Below, piece after piece: positions 38,129 to 47,633 of a DNA stretch of 64,000 nucleotides. How positions within the stretch are numbered: the stretch's first letter is position 1; the number at the start of each line of letters is the position of its first letter. The stretch lies in contig CAVPXI010000016.1 of NCBI GenBank assembly GCA_963709585.1, forward strand, positions 32,001 to 96,000, read 5' to 3'. Origin of the DNA: Candidatus Dormiibacterota bacterium. GTDB taxonomy: Bacteria; Chloroflexota; Dormibacteria; Aeolococcales; Aeolococcaceae. A model generated the notes under the pieces. It did no database searches, was not told the DNA's origin, and worked only from the letters and a program-made list of their open reading frames with translations. Made by a program: the position numbers and the translations under genes.

Positions 38129-39916
38129 ATGACAGTGGTTGAGAAGGACGCCACCAGGACCAAGGACCCGGTCCTCGTCGACGTTGCCTGGGACCCGATC
38201 ACCAGGATCGTCGGCAGCCTCGGCATCTTCACCAAGATCGACTTCGCCAATCGTGTGGTGGCCGACTGCCGGAGCACGTCGTCGATCTTCCGCGGCTACA
38301 GCATCTTCATGAAGGGCAAGGACCCGCGGGACGCGCACTTCATCACCAGCCGCATCTGCGGCATCTGCGGCGACAACCATGCGACCTGTGCCACCTACGC
38401 GCAGAACATGGCCTTTGGCATCAGGCCGCCGGCCATGGCGGAGTGGATCGTCAATCTCGGTGAAGCCGCCGAGTACATGTTCGACCACAACATCTTCCAG
38501 GACAACCTGCTGATGGTCGACTTCTGCGAGCAGATGGTCAAGGAGACCAACCCGTCGGTTCTTGCCAAGGCGGAGAACACGCCGGCGCCGCATGCAACAG
38601 AGCATGGCTACCGGACGATCGCCGAGATCATGCGGGCGTTGAACCCCTTCACCGGGGAGTTCTACCGCGAGACGCTCCACGTCAGCCGCTACACGCGCGA
38701 GATGTTCTGCCTGATGGAGGGGCGTCACGTCCATCCATCGACGCTGTATCCGGGCGGTGTCGGCACGGTGCCCACGGTCCAGCTCTTCTCGGATTACCTC
38801 GTCCGGCTGATGCGGTACGTCGAGTTCATGAAAAAGGTCGTGCCCCTCCACGACGACATCTTCGACTTCTTCTACGAGGCGCTACCCGGCTACGAGGAGG
38901 TCGGCCGCCGGCGCATGGACACGGTGTGCTGGGGGTCCTTCAACGATCCTGACGAATGCGACTACACATACCGGCACATGACCAACTGGGGCCGTTCGAT
39001 GTTCGTCACCCCGGGAGTGGTTGTCGACGGCAAGCTGGTGACCACCGATCTCGTCGAGATCAACCGCAACATCCGGATCCTGCTCGGGCACTCGTATTAC
39101 GAGGACTGGGCGGACGATGGTGAGGTCTTCGTCGAGAAGGACCCGCTGGGTCACCCGATCGACAAGCGTCATCCATGGAACCAGACGACGATTCCGAAGC
39201 CGGGGAAGCGCGACTTCGACAAGAACTACAGCTGGGTGATGTGTCCCAGGTATCTGCACGAGGGCGAGCACCTCGCGATGGACACCGGGGGCGGCGCCTT
39301 CGCCCGTCTGCTTGCGACGTCGCTCGCGGGTATCGTCGATGTCGGTTACATCAAGGCGACGGGCACCAGCACCAAGATCTACCTGCCGAAGACGGCTTCC
39401 AAGCCCGAGGTGGAGTTCGAGTGGCACGTTCCGAAGTGGAGCAACGCCATCGAACGCGACCGGGCTCGCACCTACTTCCAGGCCTACGCGGCGGCAGCGG
39501 CGCTGCACTTCCTGGACAAGGCATTCGCCGAGCTGAATGCGGGACGCACCGATACGTTCACTCCCTTCACCGTGCCTGACGAGGCGATCGGCTGCGGCTT
39601 CCATGAGGCGGTCCGGGGCGTGCTCTCCCACCACGTCGTGATCCGTGACGGGAAGATCGCCAACTACCACCCGTACCCACCAACGCCGTGGAACGCGACC
39701 CCGCGCGACATGTACGGCACCCCGGGACCCTACGAAGACTCAGTGCAGAACACCCCGATCTTCGAGGAGAACGGACCGGACAACTTCAAGGGCATCGACA
39801 TCATGCGTGCGGTGCGGAGCTTCGATCCCTGCCTGCCGTGCGGTGTGCACATGTATCTCGGCAACGGCAAGGTGCTGGAGACTCGGCACTCGCCGAACTT
39901 CGGCCCGCAACCATGA
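38129..39916 (+). CDS. hhyL: Group 1h [NiFe]-hydrogenase large subunit
   Basis: L1 TSRICGICGDNH and L2 SFDPCLPCGVH followed by a cleavable C-terminal extension. Confidence 0.96.
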   Translation: MTVVEKDATRTKDPVLVDVAWDPITRIVGSLGIFTKIDFANRVVADCRSTSSIFRGYSIFMKGKDPRDAHFITSRICGICGDNHATCATYAQNMAFGIRPPAMAEWIVNLGEAAEYMFDHNIFQDNLLMVDFCEQMVKETNPSVLAKAENTPAPHATEHGYRTIAEIMRALNPFTGEFYRETLHVSRYTREMFCLMEGRHVHPSTLYPGGVGTVPTVQLFSDYLVRLMRYVEFMKKVVPLHDDIFDFFYEALPGYEEVGRRRMDTVCWGSFNDPDECDYTYRHMTNWGRSMFVTPGVVVDGKLVTTDLVEINRNIRILLGHSYYEDWADDGEVFVEKDPLGHPIDKRHPWNQTTIPKPGKRDFDKNYSWVMCPRYLHEGEHLAMDTGGGAFARLLATSLAGIVDVGYIKATGTSTKIYLPKTASKPEVEFEWHVPKWSNAIERDRARTYFQAYAAAAALHFLDKAFAELNAGRTDTFTPFTVPDEAIGCGFHEAVRGVLSHHVVIRDGKIANYHPYPPTPWNATPRDMYGTPGPYEDSVQNTPIFEENGPDNFKGIDIMRAVRSFDPCLPCGVHMYLGNGKVLETRHSPNFGPQP

Positions 39917-40852
39917 ATGGCAGCGCAAGCTCGTATTCTTGAGGAGCGAGAGCTCCAGAAGCGTCTCGCCCATGTCGACACTCTGGTCGGGGAGCTGCAA
40001 CAGCTCCCCGACCTTGCGTCGCGAGCGCTGGTCGAGGAGTTGCTCTCAACGGTGCTCGACCTCCACGGGGAGGCGCTGTCACGAATGCTCGACGCCCTCG
40101 GGCCGCGCGGCGATCCCGCGGCGGACCGGTTGCTCGAGGGCATGGCAGCCGATGACCTGATCCGCGGCGTGCTTCTGCTCCACGGGCTGCACCCGATGGA
40201 TCTGCGCAGCCGTGTTGAGGGGGCGCTCGAGTCGGTTCGGCCGTACATGCGATCTCACGGAGGTGGCGTGGAATTGGTCGGTGTCGCCGGAGACACCGTG
40301 CGCATCCGTCTGGAGGGTCACTGCCAGGGATGTCCCTCATCGATGGTCACGCTCAAGCTGGCTGTCGAGAAGGCGATCTACGAGGCGGCGCCCGACGTCG
40401 CCGCAATCGAGGTCCTCGATCCTCCGGATGCCTCTGTGTCCGGTCCGCCGGCGATCGTCGGTCTGGTGTCGCTTCCGGTCTTCAGTTCGTCCGGTCCGCG
40501 TCCGGCCCCCCGTCCGAGCGTCTCGCCGTCGGGAGAGTGGGTCACGCTCGCGGCGCGCGCCGCTCACATCGACAACGGCAGCGTCCTGAAGACCCGGGCG
40601 GACAACGACGCGGTGTTGATCGCTCGAGCCGGCGACGTGTTCTATGCCTACGTCGCCACGTGTCCCGCCTGTGAGGGCGGGATGGAGGCTGCCGCACTGG
40701 ACGGAGCCCAACTGGTCTGCGACCTCTGCGGCGCCCGTTACGACATCCGCCGCGCCGGCGCGGGCATCGAATCGGACCTTCGCATCGAACCGCTTCCGCT
40801 CCTGGAGGAGTCGGGAGTCCTGCGGATCGCGATCCCCGCGCGGCTGGCATGA
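39917..40852 (+). CDS. NifU-like plus degenerate Rieske-like Fe-S protein of group 1h clusters (HhyE-like)
   Basis: LLLHGLHP, VRPYMRSHGG, CQGCPSS; C-terminal CPAC...CDLC. Confidence 0.85.
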   Translation: MAAQARILEERELQKRLAHVDTLVGELQQLPDLASRALVEELLSTVLDLHGEALSRMLDALGPRGDPAADRLLEGMAADDLIRGVLLLHGLHPMDLRSRVEGALESVRPYMRSHGGGVELVGVAGDTVRIRLEGHCQGCPSSMVTLKLAVEKAIYEAAPDVAAIEVLDPPDASVSGPPAIVGLVSLPVFSSSGPRPAPRPSVSPSGEWVTLAARAAHIDNGSVLKTRADNDAVLIARAGDVFYAYVATCPACEGGMEAAALDGAQLVCDLCGARYDIRRAGAGIESDLRIEPLPLLEESGVLRIAIPARLA

Positions 40853-41478
40853 GTACCTCCGCGCGTCTTACGGGACTGAGAGGACTGATCCGCGAGCGTG
40901 TGCCCGCGGAACGGTGCGAGCTGTGCAGCGCCGAGCTGTCGCCGCATCCGCATCACGAGCATCTCTTCGAGCCCTCGTCGCGGCAGATCCACTGCAGCTG
41001 CACGCCCTGCGCCATCCTGTTTCCCTCAGACGCCGAGAAACGCTACCGTCGCGTGCCACGACGCCTTCTGTACCTGGACGACTTCGCGATGAGCGATATG
41101 CAGTGGGAGTTCCTCGCCATCCCGGTGAACATGGCGTTCCTGCACACCAGCGCTGCAGCGGGCGGTGTGCGCGCGTTCTATCCAAGCCCGGCCGGAGCGA
41201 CCGAGTCGATGCTCAGTCTCGAGGGATGGGAGCAGCTGGTGGCGGACAACCCGCTCCTGGGGAGGCTGGAACCGGACGTGGAGGCGCTGCTCATCAACCG
41301 TATCGGCGGGGCCCGCGATCACTACATCGCGCCCATCGACCGCTGCTTCGAGCTGGTCGGTCTCATCCGCATCAGCTGGCGCGGGCTCAGCGGTGGGCAG
41401 GAGGTGTGGGATCGCATCGCCAACTTCTTCGCTGAGTTGCGCAGCGCAGCGACTGTCAGGGTTCGCGCGCATGCCTGA
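40849..41478 (+). CDS. Group 1h hydrogenase-associated protein (DUF5947 / HhaA-like)
   Basis: ERCELC, CSCTPC, IPVNMAF, FYPSPAGATES, PIDRCFELVG. Confidence 0.85.
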   Translation: MSTSARLTGLRGLIRERVPAERCELCSAELSPHPHHEHLFEPSSRQIHCSCTPCAILFPSDAEKRYRRVPRRLLYLDDFAMSDMQWEFLAIPVNMAFLHTSAAAGGVRAFYPSPAGATESMLSLEGWEQLVADNPLLGRLEPDVEALLINRIGGARDHYIAPIDRCFELVGLIRISWRGLSGGQEVWDRIANFFAELRSAATVRVRAHA

Positions 41479-42133
41479 CCTGGATCTCGAGGTCGTCTCC
41501 GCCGGCGCCGAGCCGGACACGTTGATCCCGATCCTCAACTTCCGGCTGAGGATTCACGAGCGTGAGGGCCACCGCATCGATTCGATCTCCCTGCGGTGCC
41601 AGATCATGGTCCAGGCGACGCGCAGGACCTACGTGCCGGGTGAGCAGGAGGCCCTCCTGGACCTCTTCGGAAAGCCGTCGCGCTGGGGAACGACGTTGAA
41701 GACGATGCTCTGGACGCACGCCAGCACCGACGTCGCAGGGTTCGTGGGCTCGACCGAAACTGTGGTCCCGGTGCCGTGCACGCACGACCTCACGATCACC
41801 GCAGGCAAGTATTTCTTCGCCCTCGAGCAGGGAGAGGTACCGCTGATGTTCCAGTTCAGCGGCACCGTCTTCTGGCGCGACGACGATGGGAGCCTGCAGG
41901 TTGCCCCGATTCCGTGGTCGAAGGAGGCGGCCTACCGGCTCCCCGTGTCCACCTGGCGGGCCTTGATGGAGGAGCACGACCCGGACAGCGCATGGCTCTG
42001 TCTACGGCGCGACACTGTCGATCGCCTCAACCGCTACAAGGCGCACTCCGGGGTGCCGGGATGGGATGAGGCGCTCGCCCGCCTCCTCGCCAGCACCGAC
42101 GACCATGTCCCCATCGGAAGCGCACCGCAATGA
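41471..42133 (+). CDS. Group 1h hydrogenase-associated protein (DUF6084 / HhaB-like)
   Basis: LRCQI, LFGKPSRWG, VPCTHD, KYFFAL, FSGTVF, PWSKEA. Confidence 0.85.
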   Translation: MPDLDLEVVSAGAEPDTLIPILNFRLRIHEREGHRIDSISLRCQIMVQATRRTYVPGEQEALLDLFGKPSRWGTTLKTMLWTHASTDVAGFVGSTETVVPVPCTHDLTITAGKYFFALEQGEVPLMFQFSGTVFWRDDDGSLQVAPIPWSKEAAYRLPVSTWRALMEEHDPDSAWLCLRRDTVDRLNRYKAHSGVPGWDEALARLLASTDDHVPIGSAPQ

Positions 42134-43194
42134 CCCAGAGCGCGCTCGATCGCCTGGTTGCGGCCACGCTCTACGAGGGGTACATCCTCTACCCGTACCG
42201 GCCGTCCTCGGTGAAGAATCAGGTGCGCTGGACGTTCGGAGGCGTGCATCCGCGCGCGTGGAGCGAGGCTTCCGGCGGCACCGATCCATGGAGCGCGCAG
42301 ACCGAATGCCTGCTGCGTGCGACCGCTGTCACCACGGTCACGGTGCGTGTCCGGTTTCTGCAGTTGGTGACTAGAACCGTCGCGAAACTCGACCCCCCGA
42401 GCCCCTCGCTCGACGCCGACGCAGTCGGACGGCTCGAGGACGTGGATGAGTTGCGTGTGGCGGGAGTCAACCACCGTGCGTGGGAGGAGGCGATCGAGGT
42501 CGCCGTCGACTGTGGAACGCACGCCCTGCAGTCGCTCGTCGAGCGCGAGGTGGTCGTCGAGCACATCACGCCCGCTCACGACGAGGTGGAACCGCTGTGC
42601 GACGAGGGGGGACAGGTTGTCGGCGTCCTCCAACGTGAGCGCCAGCCACTGGCCACGGACGTGACCGTGACGGCGGACCGCGTCGGCGAGGATCTCGTCC
42701 GAGTTGGCGTCACCGTTCGCAACGCCAGTGCCTTCAGCCTGGATGGGAATCGCGACCGCGGGCGCGCGCTGTGTTCCTCGCTCGTATCGACGCATGCCGT
42801 TCTGGTAGCGAAGGACGGCGAATGGCTCTCGCTCGCCGACCCGCCCATCGATGCCGTCGACGCGGCCGCCGGGTGCCGAAACATCGGCCTCTGGCCGGTC
42901 CTCGTCGGCGAAGCGGGCACGTCGGACACGCTGCTCGCTGCTCCGATCATCCTCGAGGATCACCCTCAGATCGCCCCGGAATCGTCGGGCGACCTCTTCG
43001 ATGCGACCGAGATCGACGAGATCTTGAGCCTGCGCATCCTGGCACTCACCGACGAGGAGAAGGCCGAGATGCGAGCTGCCGACGCACGGGCGCGCGCGCT
43101 GCTCGATCGCACCGAGGCGCTAACCGGCGACGACCTGATGCGGATGCACGGCACGATTCGCGAAGTGCGACCGACCATCGGAGAGCGAAGGTGA
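42130..43194 (+). CDS. Group 1h hydrogenase-associated protein (HhaC-like)
   Basis: LYEGYILYPYRPSS.KNQVRWTFG, PIILEDHPQIAPESSGDLFDATEIDEIL. Confidence 0.85.
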   Translation: MTQSALDRLVAATLYEGYILYPYRPSSVKNQVRWTFGGVHPRAWSEASGGTDPWSAQTECLLRATAVTTVTVRVRFLQLVTRTVAKLDPPSPSLDADAVGRLEDVDELRVAGVNHRAWEEAIEVAVDCGTHALQSLVEREVVVEHITPAHDEVEPLCDEGGQVVGVLQRERQPLATDVTVTADRVGEDLVRVGVTVRNASAFSLDGNRDRGRALCSSLVSTHAVLVAKDGEWLSLADPPIDAVDAAAGCRNIGLWPVLVGEAGTSDTLLAAPIILEDHPQIAPESSGDLFDATEIDEILSLRILALTDEEKAEMRAADARARALLDRTEALTGDDLMRMHGTIREVRPTIGERR

Positions 43195-43518
43195 AAACGT
43201 TTGACCTCGGCGCCTGGGATCCCGACAGCACGGGCGGGACAACCGAACTCGGTGCGCTGGGGCGATGGGCTGCTCCATCGTGGCGATCGCGTCCGTATCC
43301 GGCCGCGCGGCCGCGCCGACATCATGGACATCGCCCTGCACGGTCGCACCGCCGTCGTCGAGTCCATCGAGCGCGATTACGAGGACGTCGTTCACGTCGC
43401 GGTGCTCGTCGACGACGATCCCGGCAAGGACCTCGGTGCGCTCAGGCAGCCTGGGCACCGCTTCTTCTTCGGCCTCGACGACCTCGAGCGCGTGGAACCA
43501 GCGGAGGAACTGCTGTGA
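43191..43518 (+). CDS. Small hydrogenase-associated protein (HhaC C-terminal-like domain); possible frameshift at ~43237
   Basis: GDRVRIRPRGRADIMD...DDDPGKDLG...GHRFFF; GTG 43191 overlaps the upstream stop and has a GGAG RBS but is 1 nt out of frame with the conserved part. Confidence 0.75.
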
Positions 43519-44018
43519 GCGAGGCCACGATCCTGGTAGCGGGGATCGGCAACATCTTCCTCGGCGATGACGGCTTCGGTGTCGAGGTTGCACGCCAGCT
43601 CGCGTCCCGACCGCACGCTGAGAGCGTGCGCATCGCCGATTTCGGTATCCGCGGATTCGACCTCGCGTTTGCCATCCTCGACGACCCGGCCGCGACCATC
43701 CTGGTCGACGCCATGCCCCGTGGAGAACGACCCGGCACCGTCTACGTCCTCGAGCCTGATCTCGACGTCGACGCCACACACGCCGATGGTTCGTTCCAGG
43801 GGCACGCCATGACACCGGACTCCGTGTTCGCCCTGGTCCGGACTCTCGGCGGACGGCCGCGCAACGTCACTGTCGTCGGGTGCGAACCCCTGACCCTCGG
43901 CCCTGAGGGCGAAGGCTACATGGGGCTGAGCGAGCCGGTAGCCGATGCGGTCCCCGAAGCGGTGGCGATCGTCGAGCACCTGCTCTCGCGGCTCGTCCCG
44001 ACAACGAGTGCGCCCTGA
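43515..44018 (+). CDS. Hydrogenase maturation endopeptidase (HupD/HyaD family)
   Basis: VAGIGNIFLGDDGFG, DFGIRG, ILVDA, HAMTP, VGCEP. Confidence 0.92.
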   Translation: MSEATILVAGIGNIFLGDDGFGVEVARQLASRPHAESVRIADFGIRGFDLAFAILDDPAATILVDAMPRGERPGTVYVLEPDLDVDATHADGSFQGHAMTPDSVFALVRTLGGRPRNVTVVGCEPLTLGPEGEGYMGLSEPVADAVPEAVAIVEHLLSRLVPTTSAP

Positions 44019-44380
44019 TGCACGAGCTCGGGCTGGCGGAGGGCATCATGACGGTCGCGATCGACATGGCCGGCGGCCGCACCGTAGCGCGCATTGCCGT
44101 GCGCATCGGCGAGGAGCAGCGCATCGTCCCCGACAGCCTCGAGTTCGGATTCCAACTCCTTGCCGAAGGCACCGTCTGTGAAGGGGCGACGTTGCAATGC
44201 CTCGTCGTGTCCGGGGTGAACGTCCTCGTCGACGAGGTGGAACTTGTCGGAGATCCACCGACGGTCCTCCGGCGCCCCGGCGCTCCGATCGTCGAGCCTC
44301 CGCACGACCACATACAGGCCGGCCACAATGGCGTCAATCCGGCGCCGATCACATCAGCACGCACGCAAGGAGGAGCTTAG
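44018..44380 (+). CDS. hypA: HypA-like nickel chaperone lacking the Zn-finger domain
   Basis: MHE Ni-binding N-terminus and VPDSLEFGF...EGTVCEGA; no CxxC pairs. Confidence 0.75.
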   Translation: MHELGLAEGIMTVAIDMAGGRTVARIAVRIGEEQRIVPDSLEFGFQLLAEGTVCEGATLQCLVVSGVNVLVDEVELVGDPPTVLRRPGAPIVEPPHDHIQAGHNGVNPAPITSARTQGGA

Positions 44381-44512
44381 GTGTCGCTCATGCTCGGTAG
44401 TCAGAAGAACGGCCTGCGGACGATCGTGCAGTGGTTGATCCTCGGAGCCATCGTCGGCGCCGTGCTCAACTCGAAAGACATTCAGCGGTATCTGAAAATC
44501 CGGTCGATGTAG
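44381..44512 (+). CDS. 43-aa small membrane protein typical of group 1h clusters (DUF6893-like)
   Basis: AAGGAGG RBS; MSLMLGSQKNGLRTIVQWLILGAIVGAVLNSKDIQRYLKIRSM*. Confidence 0.75.
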   Translation: MSLMLGSQKNGLRTIVQWLILGAIVGAVLNSKDIQRYLKIRSM

Positions 44513-44530
44513 GAAGCACCAGAGCTCACC

Positions 44531-45043
44531 GTGCCACGGTTCCGCGTGAACACCGCTCAATCGACGGTGAAGGTCGGCCTCAGGGTCAACCTTCACCCGT
44601 CGCACATCAACGCCGACGCGCTCACCGGGTTCATCGAATGCGAGGTGGACGACCAGGGAAAGCCACGCCTCGACCAGCCCTACCGCGCGGAGTTGACTCT
44701 GCCGGTGGATGCCATCAAATCGGGTAACAGCATCCAAGATCGGGAGATGCGCCGTCGCTTCGACGTCTCCCGGTACCCGACGATAACGGCGACGGTGACG
44801 CACGGCGAGGCACTCGAGGGTGAGGGCCGGTATCGGGCCGCGGCGCAGCTCACCATGCATGGTCAGACGCGCGAGATCACCGGCGATGTGCAACTGGGCG
44901 TCAACGGTACGACGATGTCGATCGACGGCCAGCAGGTGATCAACGTCAAGGAGTTCGGCATCGATCCCCCGCGTCTGATCATCCTGAAGGTGGAACCGGA
45001 CGTGGATCTGCAGGTTCACATCGTCGCGGAACGGGAGTCATAG
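44531..45043 (+). CDS. YceI-family lipid/polyisoprenoid-binding protein, no signal peptide
   Basis: LPVDAIKSGNSIQDREM...FDVSRYPTI, LTMHGQTREI, EFGIDPP...KVEPDV. Confidence 0.82.
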   Translation: MPRFRVNTAQSTVKVGLRVNLHPSHINADALTGFIECEVDDQGKPRLDQPYRAELTLPVDAIKSGNSIQDREMRRRFDVSRYPTITATVTHGEALEGEGRYRAAAQLTMHGQTREITGDVQLGVNGTTMSIDGQQVINVKEFGIDPPRLIILKVEPDVDLQVHIVAERES

Positions 45044-45070
45044 CGATAACGGTTTTTGGAGTGGAATGCA

Positions 45071-45265
45071 ATGCTTGAGAAGCTCGTGATCTTCGGGATC
45101 GGTTATGTGCTCGGGACCCGGGCCGGCAAGGAGCGCTTCGACGAGATCGTCGAAACCGCCAAGAAGTTCGCCGCGCGTGATGACGTCCAGATGGTGGTGA
45201 GCCTGGCGACCGGCTTCCTCGAGGAGCGGTTCAGCTCGACCGCGGAGCACCTGCGCGCCGCATGA
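45071..45265 (+). CDS. Small membrane-anchored hypothetical protein (YtxH-like N-terminus)
   Basis: MLEKLVIFGIGYVLGTRAGKERFDEI. Confidence 0.7.
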   Translation: MLEKLVIFGIGYVLGTRAGKERFDEIVETAKKFAARDDVQMVVSLATGFLEERFSSTAEHLRAA

Positions 45266-45269
45266 TTCC

Positions 45270-47627
45270 ATGACCGTCGCAACCCCACCATCGACGACCC
45301 GCTCGGCGGGCGCGAACACACGCGTGCGTGGGGTCGGCGAACGGCAGCGCTTCGCGGTCTACGGCGTCGTTCAGGGGGTGGGGTTTCGCCCCTTTGTCTG
45401 GAACCTCGCGACCCGTCTTGGGCTCGGCGGCTGGGTCCGCAACACCTCCGGAGCGGTCGTCATCGAGGTCGAGGGCGGGCGGATCGAGCTCGACGCGTTT
45501 GCGTCCGCACTGGGCACCGAGGCGCCGCGGCTCGCTCGAATCGAAGCGGTCGAGGCAGTGGCGATGGATGCGGTGGGGGAGATCGGCTTCCGCATCGTGG
45601 AGAGCCGGGCCGTCGATGGCGACTATCAGCCGATCGCTCCCGACGCGGCGACCTGTCCGGATTGCGTCGCCGATATCGTCACCCCCGGCAATCGGCGGCA
45701 CCGATACCCATTCACCAACTGCACCAACTGCGGCCCCCGGTTCACGATCATCGAGGACGTTCCGTACGACCGGCCCCAGACGACCATGCGCCATTTCGCG
45801 ATGTGCGCGGCGTGCACGCAGGAGTACGAGGACCCGGCGGATCGTCGCTTTCACGCGCAGCCGAATGCGTGCCCCGCATGTGGCCCACGGCTCTGGTGCG
45901 CCGATGCGCACGGCGTTGAACTCCCAGACGATCCGATCGATATCGCCGCCGGTTCGCTCGCGCGTGCGGAGATCGTCGCGCTGAAGGGGTTGGGTGGCTT
46001 CCAGCTCTGCTGCGATGCCACCGATGAGGCGGCGGTTGCGCGGCTGCGGGTTCGCAAGCACCGGCCCGCGAAGCCCTTTGCGATTATGTTCGCGGATATC
46101 GGCGGTGTACGCCGCCTCTGTGAGGTGAGCGACGCGGAGGCGGCGTTGCTGGAGGGGCCGGCGCGGCCGATCGTGCTCCTGCGACGCCGGCGGGATCGAG
46201 ACGCGAGCGTGGTCGCAGACTCTGTCGCGCCCGGCCTTCAGGAGCTCGGCGTGATGCTCCCGTATACGCCGATGCACCACCTGCTCCTGCGCGCCACCGG
46301 GGGACCCCTGGTGATGACCAGTGGCAATGTCAGCGAGGAGCCGATCGCCAAGGACAACGACGAAGCCGTGCAGCGCCTCGGCCACATCGCCGACCGGTTT
46401 CTCCTGCACGACCGTGACATCTATGCTCGCTACGACGACTCCGTTGTGCGGGTCGTCGACGGAACCCCGCGCATGGTCCGTCGCGCTCGCGGTTACTGCC
46501 CACTTCCGGTTCGAGTCGAATCCCGTGACGCGCAGGTGCTGGCACTTGGCGCGCACCTCAAGAACACGTTCTGCGTGCTTCACGATCGCAACGCCTTCAC
46601 CGGCCCGCATATCGGCGACCTCGACAGTCCGCGGACACTGGCCCACCAGGACGAAGCGCTGCGCACGTTCCTCCGGCTCTTCCGAACCAACCCTGTCACC
46701 GTCGCGGCCGACCTGCATCCGGACTACGCGTCCAGCCGCATAGCCGAGCGATGGTGGGACTCCGGGGCCCACGGGGTACGGGTGCAACATCATCACGCCC
46801 ACATCGCCAGCGTGCTCGCCGAGCACGGTCTGCGGGGCAGCGTGATCGGTGTGGCGTTCGACGGTGTTGGTCTCGGACCGGATCATTCCATCTGGGGCGG
46901 CGAGTTTCTCCTCTGCGACGAGCGCTCGTATCAGCGTGCGGGTCATATCGCAGCGGTGCGCCAGCCCGGAGGCGACGCCTGTGCCCGGGAAGGGTGGCGA
47001 ATGGCGATTGCGTACCTCGCGGCGGCCGGTGAACTCCAGGACACACCGCCCGACTGGTTCCGCGAGGCGCCGGGTGCGCCGGATCGGCGTCAGTGGCGGC
47101 TCGTCTCCCGGCTGGCGGCATCGGATGCGGCCCCGGTCACCACGAGCGCAGGCCGGCTGTTCGACGCCGTCGCAAGCTTGATCGGAGTTGCGCACGTGTC
47201 GACGTTCGAGGCCGAGGCCGCGATGCGCCTGGAAGCGCTTGCGACCTCCGCCGGCGATCTCTCCTCGGTCGAGGCACCCGACATCGGAGTCGGTGGCGAC
47301 CCGGTCGTTCTGGACACGGTCGATCTGGTCCGCACGCTGCTTCGGGAGCGGCACCAGGGCCGATCGCTCGACGTGCTTGCGGCGATGTTCCACGAGAGCC
47401 TGGCGCGAGGGATCGCGACCATGTGCGTGCGGCTGAGCGCGGAACTCGGCGTGAACCGCGTCGCGCTGAGTGGCGGCGTGTTTCAGAACGCCCTGCTCCT
47501 GGCCCGCGTGGAACGGCTCTTGCGCGAGCGCGACCTCTTCGTCTATACCAATCAGCAGGTCCCGGCCAACGACGGCGGCATCAGCCTGGGACAGGCGCTG
47601 GTCGCGGTTTCACAACTCGAGAGGTGA
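45270..47627 (+). CDS. hypF: Carbamoyltransferase
   Basis: GVVQGVGFRP acylphosphatase domain, CTNCGPR, FHAQPNACPACGP, QHHHAH, NDGGISLGQ. Confidence 0.96.
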   Translation: MTVATPPSTTRSAGANTRVRGVGERQRFAVYGVVQGVGFRPFVWNLATRLGLGGWVRNTSGAVVIEVEGGRIELDAFASALGTEAPRLARIEAVEAVAMDAVGEIGFRIVESRAVDGDYQPIAPDAATCPDCVADIVTPGNRRHRYPFTNCTNCGPRFTIIEDVPYDRPQTTMRHFAMCAACTQEYEDPADRRFHAQPNACPACGPRLWCADAHGVELPDDPIDIAAGSLARAEIVALKGLGGFQLCCDATDEAAVARLRVRKHRPAKPFAIMFADIGGVRRLCEVSDAEAALLEGPARPIVLLRRRRDRDASVVADSVAPGLQELGVMLPYTPMHHLLLRATGGPLVMTSGNVSEEPIAKDNDEAVQRLGHIADRFLLHDRDIYARYDDSVVRVVDGTPRMVRRARGYCPLPVRVESRDAQVLALGAHLKNTFCVLHDRNAFTGPHIGDLDSPRTLAHQDEALRTFLRLFRTNPVTVAADLHPDYASSRIAERWWDSGAHGVRVQHHHAHIASVLAEHGLRGSVIGVAFDGVGLGPDHSIWGGEFLLCDERSYQRAGHIAAVRQPGGDACAREGWRMAIAYLAAAGELQDTPPDWFREAPGAPDRRQWRLVSRLAASDAAPVTTSAGRLFDAVASLIGVAHVSTFEAEAAMRLEALATSAGDLSSVEAPDIGVGGDPVVLDTVDLVRTLLRERHQGRSLDVLAAMFHESLARGIATMCVRLSAELGVNRVALSGGVFQNALLLARVERLLRERDLFVYTNQQVPANDGGISLGQALVAVSQLER

Positions 47628-47633
47628 CGTGAC

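Noticed and set aside
42771-44018. 415-aa ORF suggesting a long N-terminally extended maturation protease
   Set aside because: Protease motifs begin at GTG 43515, which overlaps the upstream stop; the extension overlaps two real genes in other frames
45231-47393. 720-aa ORF antisense to hypF, and similar long antisense ORFs (58613-60583, 33251-35041, 49454-50632, 53851-55035)
   Set aside because: Shadow ORFs expected from high-GC codon bias opposite well-supported genes; no recognisable motifs
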